From Octopus sinensis (lineage: Eukaryota): a DNA stretch of 64,000 bases. A model generated the notes under the pieces. The model ran no database searches and was not told the DNA's origin. It was given only the letters and a program-made list of their open reading frames with translations. The translations under genes and the position numbers were made by a program. This document shows, piece by piece, positions 1-12,256 of this stretch; positions within the stretch are counted from its first letter, which is position 1; each line of letters opens with the position of its first letter. The stretch lies in contig NC_042997.1 in NCBI RefSeq assembly GCF_006345805.1, positions 179,800,001 through 179,864,000 of the forward strand, given 5' to 3'.

Positions 1-105
1 TCACTCAGGGTCGATAAAATAAGTACAAGTTGAGTTCGGGAGTTTATTTAATCCACTTACGCACCTTCCATGAAATTGTTGGCCTTGTGCCAACATTTGA
101 AACCA
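1..105 (+). mobile_element. SINE family C fragment (central domain plus tail type 2)
   Basis: gggtcgataaaataagtac...aaattgttggccttgtgccaacatttgaaacc matches the body and tail of the copies at 25830 and 32380; cut by the window edge. Confidence 0.75.
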
Positions 106-289
106 GTATTTAATGTAAAATTTCATGATTGATGATTGGTTTTCTATATTGTAATTTCTATTTCATTTCACTATATTGTAGTGGAAATATCAGTTGCCTT
201 CTATCCTTTTGGTGCACCTCATCGATAATAATACTTAGACCATTACAAAGTGTACATCAAAACTAAATTTTTCAAAGCAAAACGCTTAC

Positions 290-334
290 CTGTTTGCATA
301 AAATTCTCTTGTGAAGAATATCTTTTAAATATTA
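290..334 (-). other. Candidate 45-nt phase-1/phase-1 exon of an unidentified gene
   Basis: Minus strand reads gctttcag|taatatttaaaagatattcttcacaagagaattttatgcaaacag|gtaagc, with an open frame xIFKRYSSQENFMQTg. No partner exon or homology was recognised. Confidence 0.2.
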
Positions 335-614
335 CTGAAAGCACGCAGTTTATTGGAATAAGTTATTTACGTTCGTACCTCTTAATTCACTTACTTTTTC
401 CTATGAACCCATGATTTAGACGTAAAGTGAAGCACCTTATCTTCGACTTTAATTTTTCAATGTTCTATACTGATTAAATCAAAGCGATATCGAAGCAGGC
501 TTCAATAGATGATATGGAAAAAAAAAAAAAAAAACAGAAAAGAAAACAAACTATAGAGAATGCTGCATTTAAACAATATTTGAACATGTACAGTATTTCC
601 TTTTTGCACTATAC

Positions 615-760
615 TGACATGGCTGATAAGTAAAAAAGTTTCATTCGTGTCCACGAGGTTTCGGGTTCTTTTGCACCTTGGGTAAATATCTACTGCGATA
701 GCCTTCGGGCAAACAATGTCTTGTTAGTAAGTTTGGAAGAGGAAACTATGTGGAGGCCCT
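615..760 (+). mobile_element. Degenerate SINE family A head
   Basis: gggttcttttgcaccttgggtaaatatctactgcgatagccttcgggc...gtttggaagaggaaact aligns to the family A copy at 7816. Confidence 0.6.
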
Positions 761-766
761 TAAACT

Positions 767-777
767 ATGTATATATA

Positions 778-870
<93 letters not shown>

Positions 871-892
871 TATATATATATATTATAAATAT

Positions 893-925
<33 letters not shown>

Positions 926-932
926 AAATATC

Positions 933-966
<34 letters not shown>

Positions 967-975
967 AATATATAT
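767..975. repeat. (TA)n microsatellite, representative of dozens of (TA)n, (TACA)n, (CA)n, (TATC)n, (GA)n and (CATC)n tracts
   Basis: Directly visible; these tracts produce the YIYI/MYVC/HTHT ORFs. Confidence 0.98.
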
Positions 976-1280
976 AGTATAGACATATACACACCTCACT
1001 TCGTCTTTTGGTTTTGTTTGTTTTTTATAAATTCCAACTATATGTATATATGTGTATGTGTGTGTAATATTTGGGACTAATGAGTATATGTCAGTTAGTG
1101 TACTGATATGTTGAGTAAAGCACTGGCACGACTTTGGTTACCTGGTGTCATCTGCTGTTCTATGTTTCTATTGGATCTACTTCAAGAATTCCGCAGTGCT
1201 AGTTGAGATAATAATCGATTAAGTAACAGATGGAATTGGTATAACTCTTTATACCAATTCCATTTTCCGTTTACTTAATG

Positions 1281-1325
<45 letters not shown>

Positions 1326-1333
1326 ATACATGA

Positions 1334-1369
<36 letters not shown>

Positions 1370-1446
1370 ACATACATGCATATATACATATATATATATA
1401 TATATACATATATATATACACACACACACACACACACTCACACACA

Positions 1447-1655
1447 CGCGTGGATGCTGAAAAGTTTCTAGCTCTCGGTTAATGTAAAACAGGAGAATTA
1501 GCTAATTATGATTTTCATCATATTCTCCTCTCAGATACACACAATTATTGCAGCGGTCCTTCAGTTTTTACCAAGCCCTATAAAAGAACTCAGATAATCA
1601 TACCTCCAAACTGGCCTTTCGCGTCACCATTAAAGCCAAAAACTCTCAGTGTTAT
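1447..1655. mobile_element. Mariner-derived MITE-like remnant
   Basis: Left end cgcgtggatgctgaaaagtttctagct and right end aagccaaaaactctcagtg are imperfect inverted termini of mariner type; no ORF. Confidence 0.55.
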
Positions 1656-2189
1656 TGAGACTGAAGTCTTACTACTTCATAAATGTTAGCTTGGATCAGC
1701 AAAAGCTGCGAGAGAATAAGTACTAGATATAAAACATTAGGTACCAGTGTCAATCCAATCGAGTAGATTCTGCAAAATAATGTCCCTAGAATGGTTTCTC
1801 TCTGATGACAGGGAGAAGTAACAAAATTAAATAGTTCAGCTGACGAAAGGAAAAAATTAAATCATTTACAGTGAATTTTTTTATTACTGGTTAACATGAT
1901 ATAAACCTTTTGGTAGATTCGAATAGTTAAATGCTTATCTGATCAATACATGATTGTATCTACCCTGCAAGAACATGAAAAGAAACTAAACTATTCATAT
2001 ACATATATACGTATGTTATTATTCAGTCTATTACAATATTTTTTGCCAGTAGTGAAAGAACCGTAACCGGTTTCTAAACTGGATCCAAAGCTTCTTCATT
2101 GGAATTTCAACATCAACAACAGGGTATCTTTGTTTATTTGTATGTATGTATATATGTATGTGACCGCGTGTGTATCGTTGGCGATTTTC

Positions 2190-2360
2190 TTTCTCCGTCT
2201 TCCCTTCCTTGGATCATTCTTTTTTCTATATTTCTGACGAAGAGCTCCGCACGAAACGTTAATCCTCGTTCTTTATTTCGTTTCCTGAGCGTCCAATAAC
2301 ACTATACTTGTTCCACATCCTTGCGTTGTTGTGTTTTCTCTTTGTTCATGTTTGGATTAA
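2190..2360 (+). mobile_element. PLE-like terminal-repeat remnant, hammerhead family 1
   Basis: ctgacga(2234-2240)-a-gagc tcc gcac-gaaac...gagcgtc(2293)-caataac; same unit at 25326 and 62075; flanked by microsatellites. Confidence 0.65.
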
Positions 2361-2373
2361 CTATGTATATATT

Positions 2374-2405
<32 letters not shown>

Positions 2406-3134
2406 TGTATGTATGTATGTATGTATGTATGTATCTATGTATGTATGTATTCAAAGGTCTATACATATGCATACATATACACGTATACGCACACACCTAT
2501 GCGCCCGCACGCATACACAAACAAACGTTTGTACGTGTATGTACGTATGTATATAAGCATTGCAGCCATGTAATTCTGGGTGCAGTCTCACGCTGTGACA
2601 CTCGGGGCATGTGCCTTTACTATTTCCCCGCGTCAACCAAGTGAATTTGGTAGACGTAATGAGTGTTTGTGTGTGTGCGTGTGTGAGTGCGTGTGCGTGC
2701 TTGCGCATATATGTGTGCGTGTTCGTCCGCGTATGCGTATGAGTGTGTGCTTGTGTGTGTGTGTGTATGTTTGTGTATATTTCCAATCGCTTGGCAACCA
2801 ATGTTGGCTTGTTTACGTCCTTCTTATCTGTTTACATGTCTTATAGATATATTTCTGTGATGTTTAACAATATATTTCTATAAAAAGATTCTTCTTCAAG
2901 GCGAATACCACAGTTTAGCATGCTCTAGACAATATATTTGCTTTAAGTATGATATTCACACTGCAATTTTGAACTAATGTTCCTTCTGTCTCGAATAACG
3001 AAGTTGCAATCAACCTCCGGTTAAATGCAACATCAGTGATTTTCAACAACGAATTCATGTGTGTGTGTGTGTGTTTGTGCGCGTGCGTGCGTGCATGCGT
3101 GCGTGTGCGTGCCTATCTTTCATCATCTACTTGA

Positions 3135-3315
3135 TTAAATCACTGGGCGCCGGCCGTGCTGGATCACCGTTTTGAGTCATAAGGTCCCAAACCCAATTCT
3201 TATTTTTTACAAAATTCTGGTACATATTCTACCGGTGTCTTTCGCCGAACGAACCACTAAATTACGGGGATATAAGCAAACCATCACCGGTTGTCAAGCG
3301 GTAGCAGGGAACAAA
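3135..3315 (-). mobile_element. Degenerate SINE B module
   Basis: ggccgtgctggatcaccg...tacatattctaccggtgtctttcgccgaac...ccggttgtcaagc aligns to the B module at 3447-3650. Confidence 0.65.
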
Positions 3316-3446
3316 TAAGAGACAGACAATCCGACAGGCAAAAACAGAGAGTGGAAAAGAGAGAAAATGGGGAACCCTTTGATATTATTTGATCGATATT
3401 TACATCCTACGCGGAAGGAGGCATGTTTGCAAGGTTGTTAGATATT

Positions 3447-3960
3447 TCTTTTACTCTTTTACTTGTTTCAGTCATTTGACTGTGGCTATGCTGGAGCACC
3501 GCCTTTAGTCGAGCAAATCGACCCTAGGACTTATTCTTTGTAAGCCTAGTACTTATTCTATCAGTCTTGTTTGCCGAACCGCTAAGTTATGGGGATGTAA
3601 ACACAGCAGCATCAGTTGTCAAGCGATGCTGGGGAGACAAACACAGACACACAAACATATACATACACACACACACACTCATACACACACACACACACAT
3701 ACACACACATATATATATATATATACATACATACATACATACATACATACATACATACATACATACATACATACATACATACATACATACATACATACGA
3801 CGGACTTCTTTCAGTTTCCGTCTACCAAATCTGCTCACAATGCTTTCGTCGGCCCGAGACTATAGCAGAAGACACTTGTCCAAGATACCACACAGTGGGA
3901 CTGAACCCGGAACCATGTGGTTCGTAAGCAAGCTACTTACAACACAGTCGCTCCTACGCC
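3447..3960 (-). mobile_element. Composite tRNA-derived SINE (A head + internal microsatellite + B tail), full length
   Basis: Reverse complement of the 7816-8260 copy; internal (CA)n(TA)n(TACA)n; (AAAAGAGT)-like tail repeats. Confidence 0.9.
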
Positions 3961-4102
3961 TACTAACAATTTATTATTATATGTTAACATTTTATTCACT
4001 ATTGATTTTCATGATGATGTTGTCCTCGAGTAATTAATGTTGGTGAGTTATTGCTTTTAATTATGCTAATTATGCTCATTTTACATGGCTGTTCGTATAC
4101 AT

Positions 4103-4447
4103 CAGGGGTTCCTAACCATTTAAAAAAATCTATGGACCCTTTTGATTATTATTTCATTCTGGTGAACCTCCATAGTTATTCAATATTTACAAACTAGAAA
4201 CTTCTTTTAAAATTCTCATTTTGTTTTTCGCATATTAACTTGTGTAAGTTGACCTATGTTAAATGCTTGCGAAAGAACCCTAGCTATTTCTCTTGCAATA
4301 CATACCAATACATACATCTAAATCCATATTTTTTCTGTGGGCCATAAACTATTAATGTGGATCCCCAGTTTACTATTTTACTGTATGGTCCTCAGAAATC
4401 TTATATAGACCGTCAGGGGCCATATTGACCGCATTTGAGAATCACTG
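4103..4447. mobile_element. hAT (Charlie-like) MITE
   Basis: Termini caggggttcctaacc / atttgagaatcactg; 8-bp TSD gtatacat (4095-4102) / gtatagat (4448-4455); interior shared with 42999-43317. Confidence 0.85.
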
Positions 4448-4991
4448 GTATAGATAATTCTTCGTATTACTTAGTAATTCTCTCATCAGTAGTTTGACAA
4501 GCACATTTTAGTTTGTGCTTCTCTGAGAATAGGTTATTAGATTCTCATATTTACTACATTAAATAATTAATACCATCTTAACTAACATTAGACACCGTCG
4601 AATATATAGAACAATCTGAAAGATATTAACAGTAAGTAGCACGCGATGTATATATTGATAATGTCCTTTTAATTAATAATATTCTTTAAAAGGTAGTATT
4701 TGATGGAGCCATCGCAAATATGCAACAGTTATGAAGTTTTGCTGCTTATTAATAGAGAATTAATAACTGTGTAATTGTAATATCTGAAGTGCTGGTTTAG
4801 TGGTCATGTCTTAGAAGTTTATAATGCTATGGCATTAATGAACTTTAGCAATGATTTTAGATACGAACGTAACCATAGTAAATGTATTACAACTAATGTG
4901 TGGAAGGATAAAGATTAGATGTAAACTTATTGTTAAAAATGGCGGCTGTAAACAAATACCTATGATCTGATACAGTAACAATTTGATAAGT

Positions 4992-5367
4992 AATCAAGGG
5001 CACTCAGAGAGCGCGATATTCCGCCAAGGCAACACCAACGTCCTCTCAACGATTAGATAGAGATTGTTTTTAAAATGAGAATATTTGAAATAAACTCGAC
5101 TGCTCTCACAAACATGAATACTAGAAATGAACGTGACCGCTCTCAAAAATTACGTAAAAAAAAAAAAAATAGGAAAAATAATCTATTATCTATAGTCCGG
5201 TATCAGATCGATCCCAACATCTAACCAGTTCGTGCTAGCCACAAGGCCAAACATCTCTGAAAGTTTCATCCGAATCCAACCAGTGGTTCTTGAGATAGCT
5301 TGCCCGCAGATAAATAAACAAACACGACAGAAAAACAGTACCTCCGCCTTCGCTAAGGCAGAGATAA
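4992..5367 (+). mobile_element. Non-autonomous Helentron/HINE (DINE-1-like) element
   Basis: 5' caagggcactcagagagcgc...ccgccaaggc; internal aagtttcatccgaatccaaccagtggttcttgagatag; 3' hairpin ctccgcctt-cgct-aaggcagag (5342-5363) then ataa. Class assigned from remembered motifs. Confidence 0.6.
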
Positions 5368-6221
5368 TAAAAGTAATAATGGAGGAGAATACGAGAAAAA
5401 GGAATGAGATGAAGGAAGACAAAGAAAAAGGTTAGTAGGACAATTTTGATATGGCTTCATCAGAGAAGGAAGCGCGGCGCCCATGATCTTTCTGCAGAGT
5501 CTCCAAGACAGCGGGGGTGAGCGGAAGAGGAAACCGAAATTTATAGGTTATCCTTAGATCAGAGCTTTGCACAGAATGTTTGAACAGTGTACACTCCGCT
5601 AAATGCACCTAAGGGTTTGGGTGGTGGTGTGAAACCGGGCGACGCATTATGTCTATCACTCTAAAAGGGAGACAGATGAGGTGAAAGGTAAAAATAAGTG
5701 TAGTTAATGAAAGCGAGAGAGTGAGAGAGGGGGAATAACATGGAGAAAGGAAGAAAGGGAATAAGAGAGGGTAAAGTGACAGGAAGGAAAGAGAGTGAAG
5801 CAGCTTTGGAATAAATGCAAAACAAAATTAAATGCGTGAAGTGAAAAGGAAGAGAAAAGAAAAGAGGAAATGAAACTAGGAATCAGGAAGGAGCTGAGGA
5901 AGCAAAGGAGGAGAAAAGTGAAATGGAGTTATACATAATATACACATTAAGCAATGCAACAGTGAAACTCTAATGAGACAATATCAGTAGTACAACGATA
6001 TACCAAATACTATGGAATATATATAATTACAAAAATAAGTTTACATTCATACGCACACATGCTATGCACATACCATACACGCATGTGTATGTGTGTATAT
6101 GTATACCATCTTTAAAAGACTTCAGCATCGTTCACTGTTGCAAGCATTTGTATCAGGTTTTTGGTTTGTGGATAAATTCTCTGAAAAATTCTCTGAAAAA
6201 AGATAAAGGTTCTAAAATGAT

Positions 6222-6709
6222 AAATTATTTCTGACAAAATGGCATGCATGTGTACATGTATAAGCATACATACATACATACATACATACATACATACATA
6301 CATACATACATTACATACATACATACATACATGTATGCATGCATACATACATACATACATGCATACATACATACATACATACATACATACTACATACATA
6401 CATACATACATACATACGTACGTACGTACATACATACATACATACAATATACAAGCATCTACGTATATAAATATACGTGCAGATACATGGATAGATAAAT
6501 TATTTCTGACAAAATGGCATGTATGTATACATGTATAAACATACATACATGCATACCATACATACATACATACATACATACATACATAGGTACATACATA
6601 CATACATACATACATACATACATACATACATACATACATACATACATACATACAAGCATCTACATATATAAATATACGTGCAGATACATGGATAGATAAA
6701 CACAGACAA
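6222..6709. repeat. Tandem duplication of a microsatellite-containing unit
   Basis: aaattatttctgacaaaatggcatg...(TACA)n...caagcatctac[g/a]tatataaatatacgtgcagatacatggatagata occurs twice (about 6222-6496 and 6497-6709). Confidence 0.9.
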
Positions 6710-7241
6710 ACACATACTTAGTAGTTTTATATCTTTCACATGCCATACTTCTTTCACGCTAGTAAAAATCATTATTTTCCTTTATCGTTTGGCTTCTGAT
6801 GGAATTAATTATTTAATGTTCAGTACCAGGCATGTGATGTTTAAAATCCAGCTCTAAAACCTAAGCTTTTGTCTTATATTTATTTAACGGATAACGGATC
6901 TTTCATTCTCAGCATCATTTTAAGTCTCCAATTTAATGCATGAATGAAATTTTCAATAGGTATTCGAAAATTTCTCGTAAGATTTATATATTTTTCAAAA
7001 GCAATCACCTCAAAGCCAAAATCCGAAAAAGTGAAAAATTAACTATTCTACTCGACGTAAATTTAAACAGTTGGAGAAAACAGTCGAGTGCATTTGACTA
7101 CTTATTTACTATCATTCTTGACTATAAACAGCATTTGTTAGCTCAAAAAGGGATTTAGCCATTGAGTGTGGAAAGACTAGAGCACAACATACATTGGGTT
7201 TATCATTAATATGAACATCTTTGCAAGCTGAGTGTCCATCG

Positions 7242-7317
<76 letters not shown>

Positions 7318-7408
7318 GTCTGTCTGTCTATCTCTCTCTCTCTCTCTCTCTATGTATATATATATATATATATGCCTGTCTGTCAGTTTATCTATCTATA
7401 TATATGAA

Positions 7409-7475
<67 letters not shown>

Positions 7476-7815
7476 ACACAGTTAATTTTCTTGAGCCCCC
7501 CCCCCCCCGCCGCCGCACAAAAAATATGAAAAAATATAAAAGAAATCAATATTACACGGCTCATTGCGAAAACGACAAATGTAATTTACCACATGTGCTG
7601 GAAAGCCTTCTAGTACTAGAAAAGTATTACCGAGGCACAATCAAACTTAATTAGATTTAAAATGCGTAAGAGCTCCTTCTGTATTGAGGACAATTACACT
7701 TTGAACACATTCTCATCAACCAGATAAAAGATTGTATTTGACATAATAATTCCTGCCAAAATACGTTGGAAAGCTCCATGAAATCTTTCGAACAATTCAA
7801 AAACTTCATATACTT

Positions 7816-7987
7816 AGGCGCAGGAGTGGCTGTGTGGTAAGTAGCTTGCTAACCAACCACATGGTTCCGGGTTCAGTCCCACTGCGTGGCATCTTGGGCA
7901 AGTGTCTTCTGCTATAGCCCCGGGCCGACCAATGCCTTGTGAGTGGATTTGGTAGACGGAAACTGAAAGAGGCCCGTCGTATATATG

Positions 7988-8033
<46 letters not shown>

Positions 8034-8260
8034 AGGTTTGTCTGTCTGTGTTTGTCCCCCTAGCATTGCTTGACAACCGATGCTGGTGTGTTTACGTCCA
8101 CGTCACTTAGCGGTCGGTAAAAGAGACCGATAGAAGAAGTACTGGGCTTACAAAGAATAAGTCCCGGGGTCGATTTGATCGACTAAAGGCGGTGCTCCAG
8201 CATGGCCGCAGTCAAATGACTGAAACAAGTAAAAGAATAAAAGAATAAAAAAGAATAAAA
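7816..8260 (+). mobile_element. Composite tRNA-derived SINE (A + microsatellite + B), full length
   Basis: A-box-like tggctgtgtgg, B-box-like ggttcagtccc, ttgggcaagtgtcttct core, (TA)n(TG)n, B module, (AAAAGAAT)n tail; candidate TSD atactta at 7810-7816 and 8260-8266. Confidence 0.92.
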
Positions 8261-8765
8261 TACTTAAAGATTTATGTAAAAATTCCTATGTAATAAACAC
8301 TACTCAGAAAACAATGCGCCTGACAAACAACATCAGAAAAATATAGGAAAAAATCTATGCTCAGTAATATAACCATAGAAGTGAAATCACCTCTTTCATT
8401 AACAAAATAGAAAATTGTGTGTAACAACGTGTAGTGATCGCTGCTTACACTACCCTGAAGGACCACAGTGCCTATCTTTTTCCCATTTCTTCAATGTAGA
8501 TTATTAACTCGTATAAAAGCGAACTGGGGACATCTGAGCACATTTCCGGTGCTGCAAATCTTGGTATTAGAAGGATCTTAAATATAGAAGAAAGAAATTA
8601 TGGTGTCCTTCATTAAGGGATTTTGAGACATTGAAAACAATTGAGTCGGGAGGTGAGTCGGAAAGCAATTAGATACCTTGGACATAACTTTCTATATCTA
8701 AATACGCCCTCCTGAAAAAGTTGAAAATCTAGGTTCAATGCATCACATTCAGCCATGAGCATATT

Positions 8766-9604
8766 CTTTTCTTCTCTAGGCACAATACCCGAAATTTTTG
8801 GGGAGGGAGCAAGACGATTATATCAACTGCAGTGCGCGACTGGTACTTAATTTATCGACCCCGAAAGGATAAAAGCAAGGTCAACTTTGACGGAATTTGA
8901 ATTTAGAAAGTAAAGGCAGACGAAATACCACTAAGCATTTCGCCCGGCGTGCTAACATTTCTTATTTCATTATTGCCCACAAGGGGTTAAACATAGAGAG
9001 GACAAACAAGGACAGACAAATGGATTAAGTCGATTACATCGACTCCAGTGCGCAACTGGTACTTAATTTACCGACCTCGAAAGGACGAAAGGCAAAGTCG
9101 ACTTTGAACTCAGAACGTAACGGCAGATGAAATACCTATTTCTTTACTACCCACAAGGGGCTAAATACAGAGAGGACAAACAAGGACAGATAAACGGATT
9201 AAGTCGATTATATCGACCCCAGTGCGTAACTGGTACTTAATTTATCGACCCCGAAAGGATGAAAGACAAAGTCGACCTCGGCGAAATTTGAACTCAGAAC
9301 GTAACGGCAGACGAAATACCGCTAAGCATTTCGCCCAGCGCGCTAATGTTTCTGCCAGCTCACCGCCTTTCAACCATGACATATTCTTTTCTTTTGTACT
9401 CTAGGTAAAAGGCCCAAAATTTTGGATGAGGGGGCCAGTCGATTAGATCGATCCCAGTATACAACTGGTACTTAATTTATCGACCGCGAAGGGATGAAAG
9501 GCAAAGTCGACCTCGGTGGAATTTGAACTCTGAATGTAAAGACAGACGAAATACCGCAAAGCATTGTGCCCGGCACGCTAACGTTTTTGCCAGCTCGCCG
9601 CCTT
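8766..9604 (-). mobile_element. Cluster of four tandem SINE family C copies
   Basis: Four repeats of actggtacttaattta[t/c]cgacc...gaaagg...aaagtcgac at about 8766-8960, 8962-9135, 9136-9368 and 9386-9604. Confidence 0.92.
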
Positions 9605-10495
9605 AGCCATGAACATATTAAAACAGTAATGGATGCTATGAAACCGTTATTATACCACGAGTAATCCTATTGGTATTAAACTGTAGGGTGATCTTCAGTT
9701 CAATGCCTATGACAGAATTCAATCGCCAAATCTCTCTGAGATTATTTATTTTTCATACACGCTGAAAAGGAACACCAGCAAAAGTCGGCTAATACACAGT
9801 GAGTGGTTGACTGATCTCATGAAATATGAAGGCCACACAATGGAAAGATTTATCAAGTAATTAGTAGTAATATTTTATGAATCCAGATTCCGACATGAGC
9901 ATTAGCACAAACTTAACGATAGAATATTTACAAATTTTAGCACAATATTTAAATACAAACAAATATTCAGAGTACCATGTATATACAAAAAATGCCAGCC
10001 ACCTTCAGCCTCAATTAGAAATCATGCAGACGAGAATTAAGGAGTATCTACGAGGGCAACGGCAATAGCGCAGTCTCTAATTATAAAACTGCACCAGGTA
10101 GGAGTTGCCTGAAGTGAAATACTAGTTTTCTTAGAGATCTTATATTCACCCAATACAAGACTAGATAGCAAGAGAGTAGCATTCCTATTTAATTCACGGT
10201 GTATGTGTGAAGTTTCATAGAACACTACCGGGAAATATCTGACTAGCAAGTTAATAATTCATACCAATACATACAATCAACATTTCAATATATACAAAAT
10301 TAAGAGCAATTTTCTTGAATGTACACATTGCATATCAGATTCGCACATTACAACGGAAATTAAACATCTACAATAGAAAGCAAAAACCATCTTCTTATTG
10401 ATGAAATCCATTTTCTTGTTACATCAGCATATTCTAACTCCCCAATGGAGGTTATATAGCAGGTACTCTTAACACACAGTATGTGATCAAAATAA

Positions 10496-10726
10496 GGCGG
10501 CGAGCTGGCAGAAACGTTAGCATGCCGGGCGAGATGCTTAGTGGTATTTCGTCTGCCGTTACGTTGTGAGTTCAAATTCCGCCGAGGTCGACTTTGCCTT
10601 TCATCCTATCGAGGTCGATAAATTAAGTACCAGTTACGCACTGGGGTCGATGTAATCGACTTAATACCTATGTCTGTCCTTGTTTGTCCCCTCTATGTTT
10701 AGCCCCTTGTGGGTAATAAAGAAATA
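10496..10726 (+). mobile_element. SINE family C, full length, tail type 1
   Basis: ggcggcgagctggcagaaacg head, gagttcaaattcc B-box; 14-bp TSD agtatgtgatcaaa at 10478-10491 and 10727-10740. Confidence 0.95.
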
Positions 10727-11355
10727 AGTATGTGATCAAACATCAACGCTATCATTTAATGGTGTCGTGGCACACGAAAATTCTAAGTGTTCAATTTATC
10801 TGCAAACTAAGACAATAAGGATATGAATATCTCTGAATGAACCGGAGTATTGTCCACAAAGTAAAGCCCTATTTCAAGGAATAAACATAACGAGTTTTCT
10901 ATGAATGTGAAAATTAACATGTAAAGCAACCAATGAATCGCTCAGCCTGAAGGACAGAGACATTGTCCAATTGTCACTATCGGAAGAAGCATCTTCGGAA
11001 AACACCAGGAAACGTGAAACACACTAAAGGCGAAGGTGTAATGACTGCAATATGGAATGGCAGCTATGGTGACCATAGAGTTGGGTAGCCAGGTTTAAAA
11101 TACAGAAGACTAGGTGTTTGAAAGATAAATTCTTTTCAATTATGCCATTGCTTTCACTAATAACTAATTAGTGTAACTGTACACTGATATGGGGTGATTC
11201 ATTGCTAGTAAAATTTACGTACATGAAACGATGAGTAAACTGAAAGGAATTACCTAATAAATATAGGCATAATGCACGCATACACGCAAATAAAAGCGTG
11301 TAAGTTTTTTACTGAATGTGAACGACTATCGCATGACACGATATCTGTCTCTCTG

Positions 11356-11402
<47 letters not shown>

Positions 11403-11462
11403 CCCCCTCTCTCTCTCTCTTCTCTCTATATATTTATATTATATATATAATATATATATATA

Positions 11463-11600
11463 TCGCCATGATCGATCGCTAGCTACTACACATTCTTTAT
11501 TTTCTCTCCTTGTTTCTCTCTGTGTTCCTTTCTCTGGAAGAGCGTAGGCTCGAAACGTAAAAGACTTCGTCTTTTGTCTTTTTGTGAATTCTCCCAATAT
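11463..11600 (+). mobile_element. PLE-like remnant, hammerhead family 2
   Basis: gatcgctagctactacacattctttatt...ctctgga-a-gagc gtag gctc-gaaacgt; homologous to 38318-38510, with fragments at about 995-1040 (+) and 18230-18310 (-); lies in (TA)n. Confidence 0.6.
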
Positions 11601-11885
11601 ATATATTTGTGTGTGTGTGTGTGTATGCATATGTCTGTATGGTGTGTGTATATATATATATATATATACACACACACGCACGAATAAACACGCACACACA
11701 CACACACACACACCACAACAAACACACACACACACACCACCCATATGCATGCATAAATGCATACTAACATACAGCCCTTTTGAAATCGTTAAACACCCCA
11801 CTTTTTCCATCGTAAACTGAGCGCCAAACTTATGCATTCACTGTGTACGTCCTGGTAACTTTTGCTTCGTTTTTATTTTCGATTA

Positions 11886-11887
11886 GT

Positions 11888-11945
<58 letters not shown>

Positions 11946-12097
11946 CACTACTACTACAACTACTGCTGCAGCTGCTGTTGCTGCTACAACTACTACAACT
12001 ACTACAACTACTACTACTACTACTACTACTACTAATACTACCACTACTACTACAACTACTGCTGCAGCTGCTGTTGCTGCTACAACTACTACAACAC
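11886..12097. repeat. (CTA)n compound repeat with a duplicated ctgctgcagctgctgttgctg interruption
   Basis: Directly visible; source of the poly-S, poly-L and poly-V ORFs. Confidence 0.95.
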
Positions 12098-12209
12098 ACA
12101 TAGTGAGAAAATGACGGGGGGAAATGGTGAAAGAAATTAAATAGAGATAGAAATGAGATAGATGGAGAGAGAAAGAGAGAGGGAGAGGGAGATAGAGAGA
12201 TAGAGAGAT

Positions 12210-12256
<47 letters not shown>

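Noticed and set aside
6110-6190. Minus-strand acceptor followed by NLSTNQKPDTNACNSERC
   Set aside because: All frames close before any donor, and there is no supporting exon.
8766-9604. CRISPR-like array
   Set aside because: Eukaryotic context; the repeats are ~200-bp SINE copies without unique spacers.
9877-10068. 63-aa non-repetitive ORF MNPDSDMSIS...
   Set aside because: No recognisable motif, and tested splice combinations on either strand hit stops.
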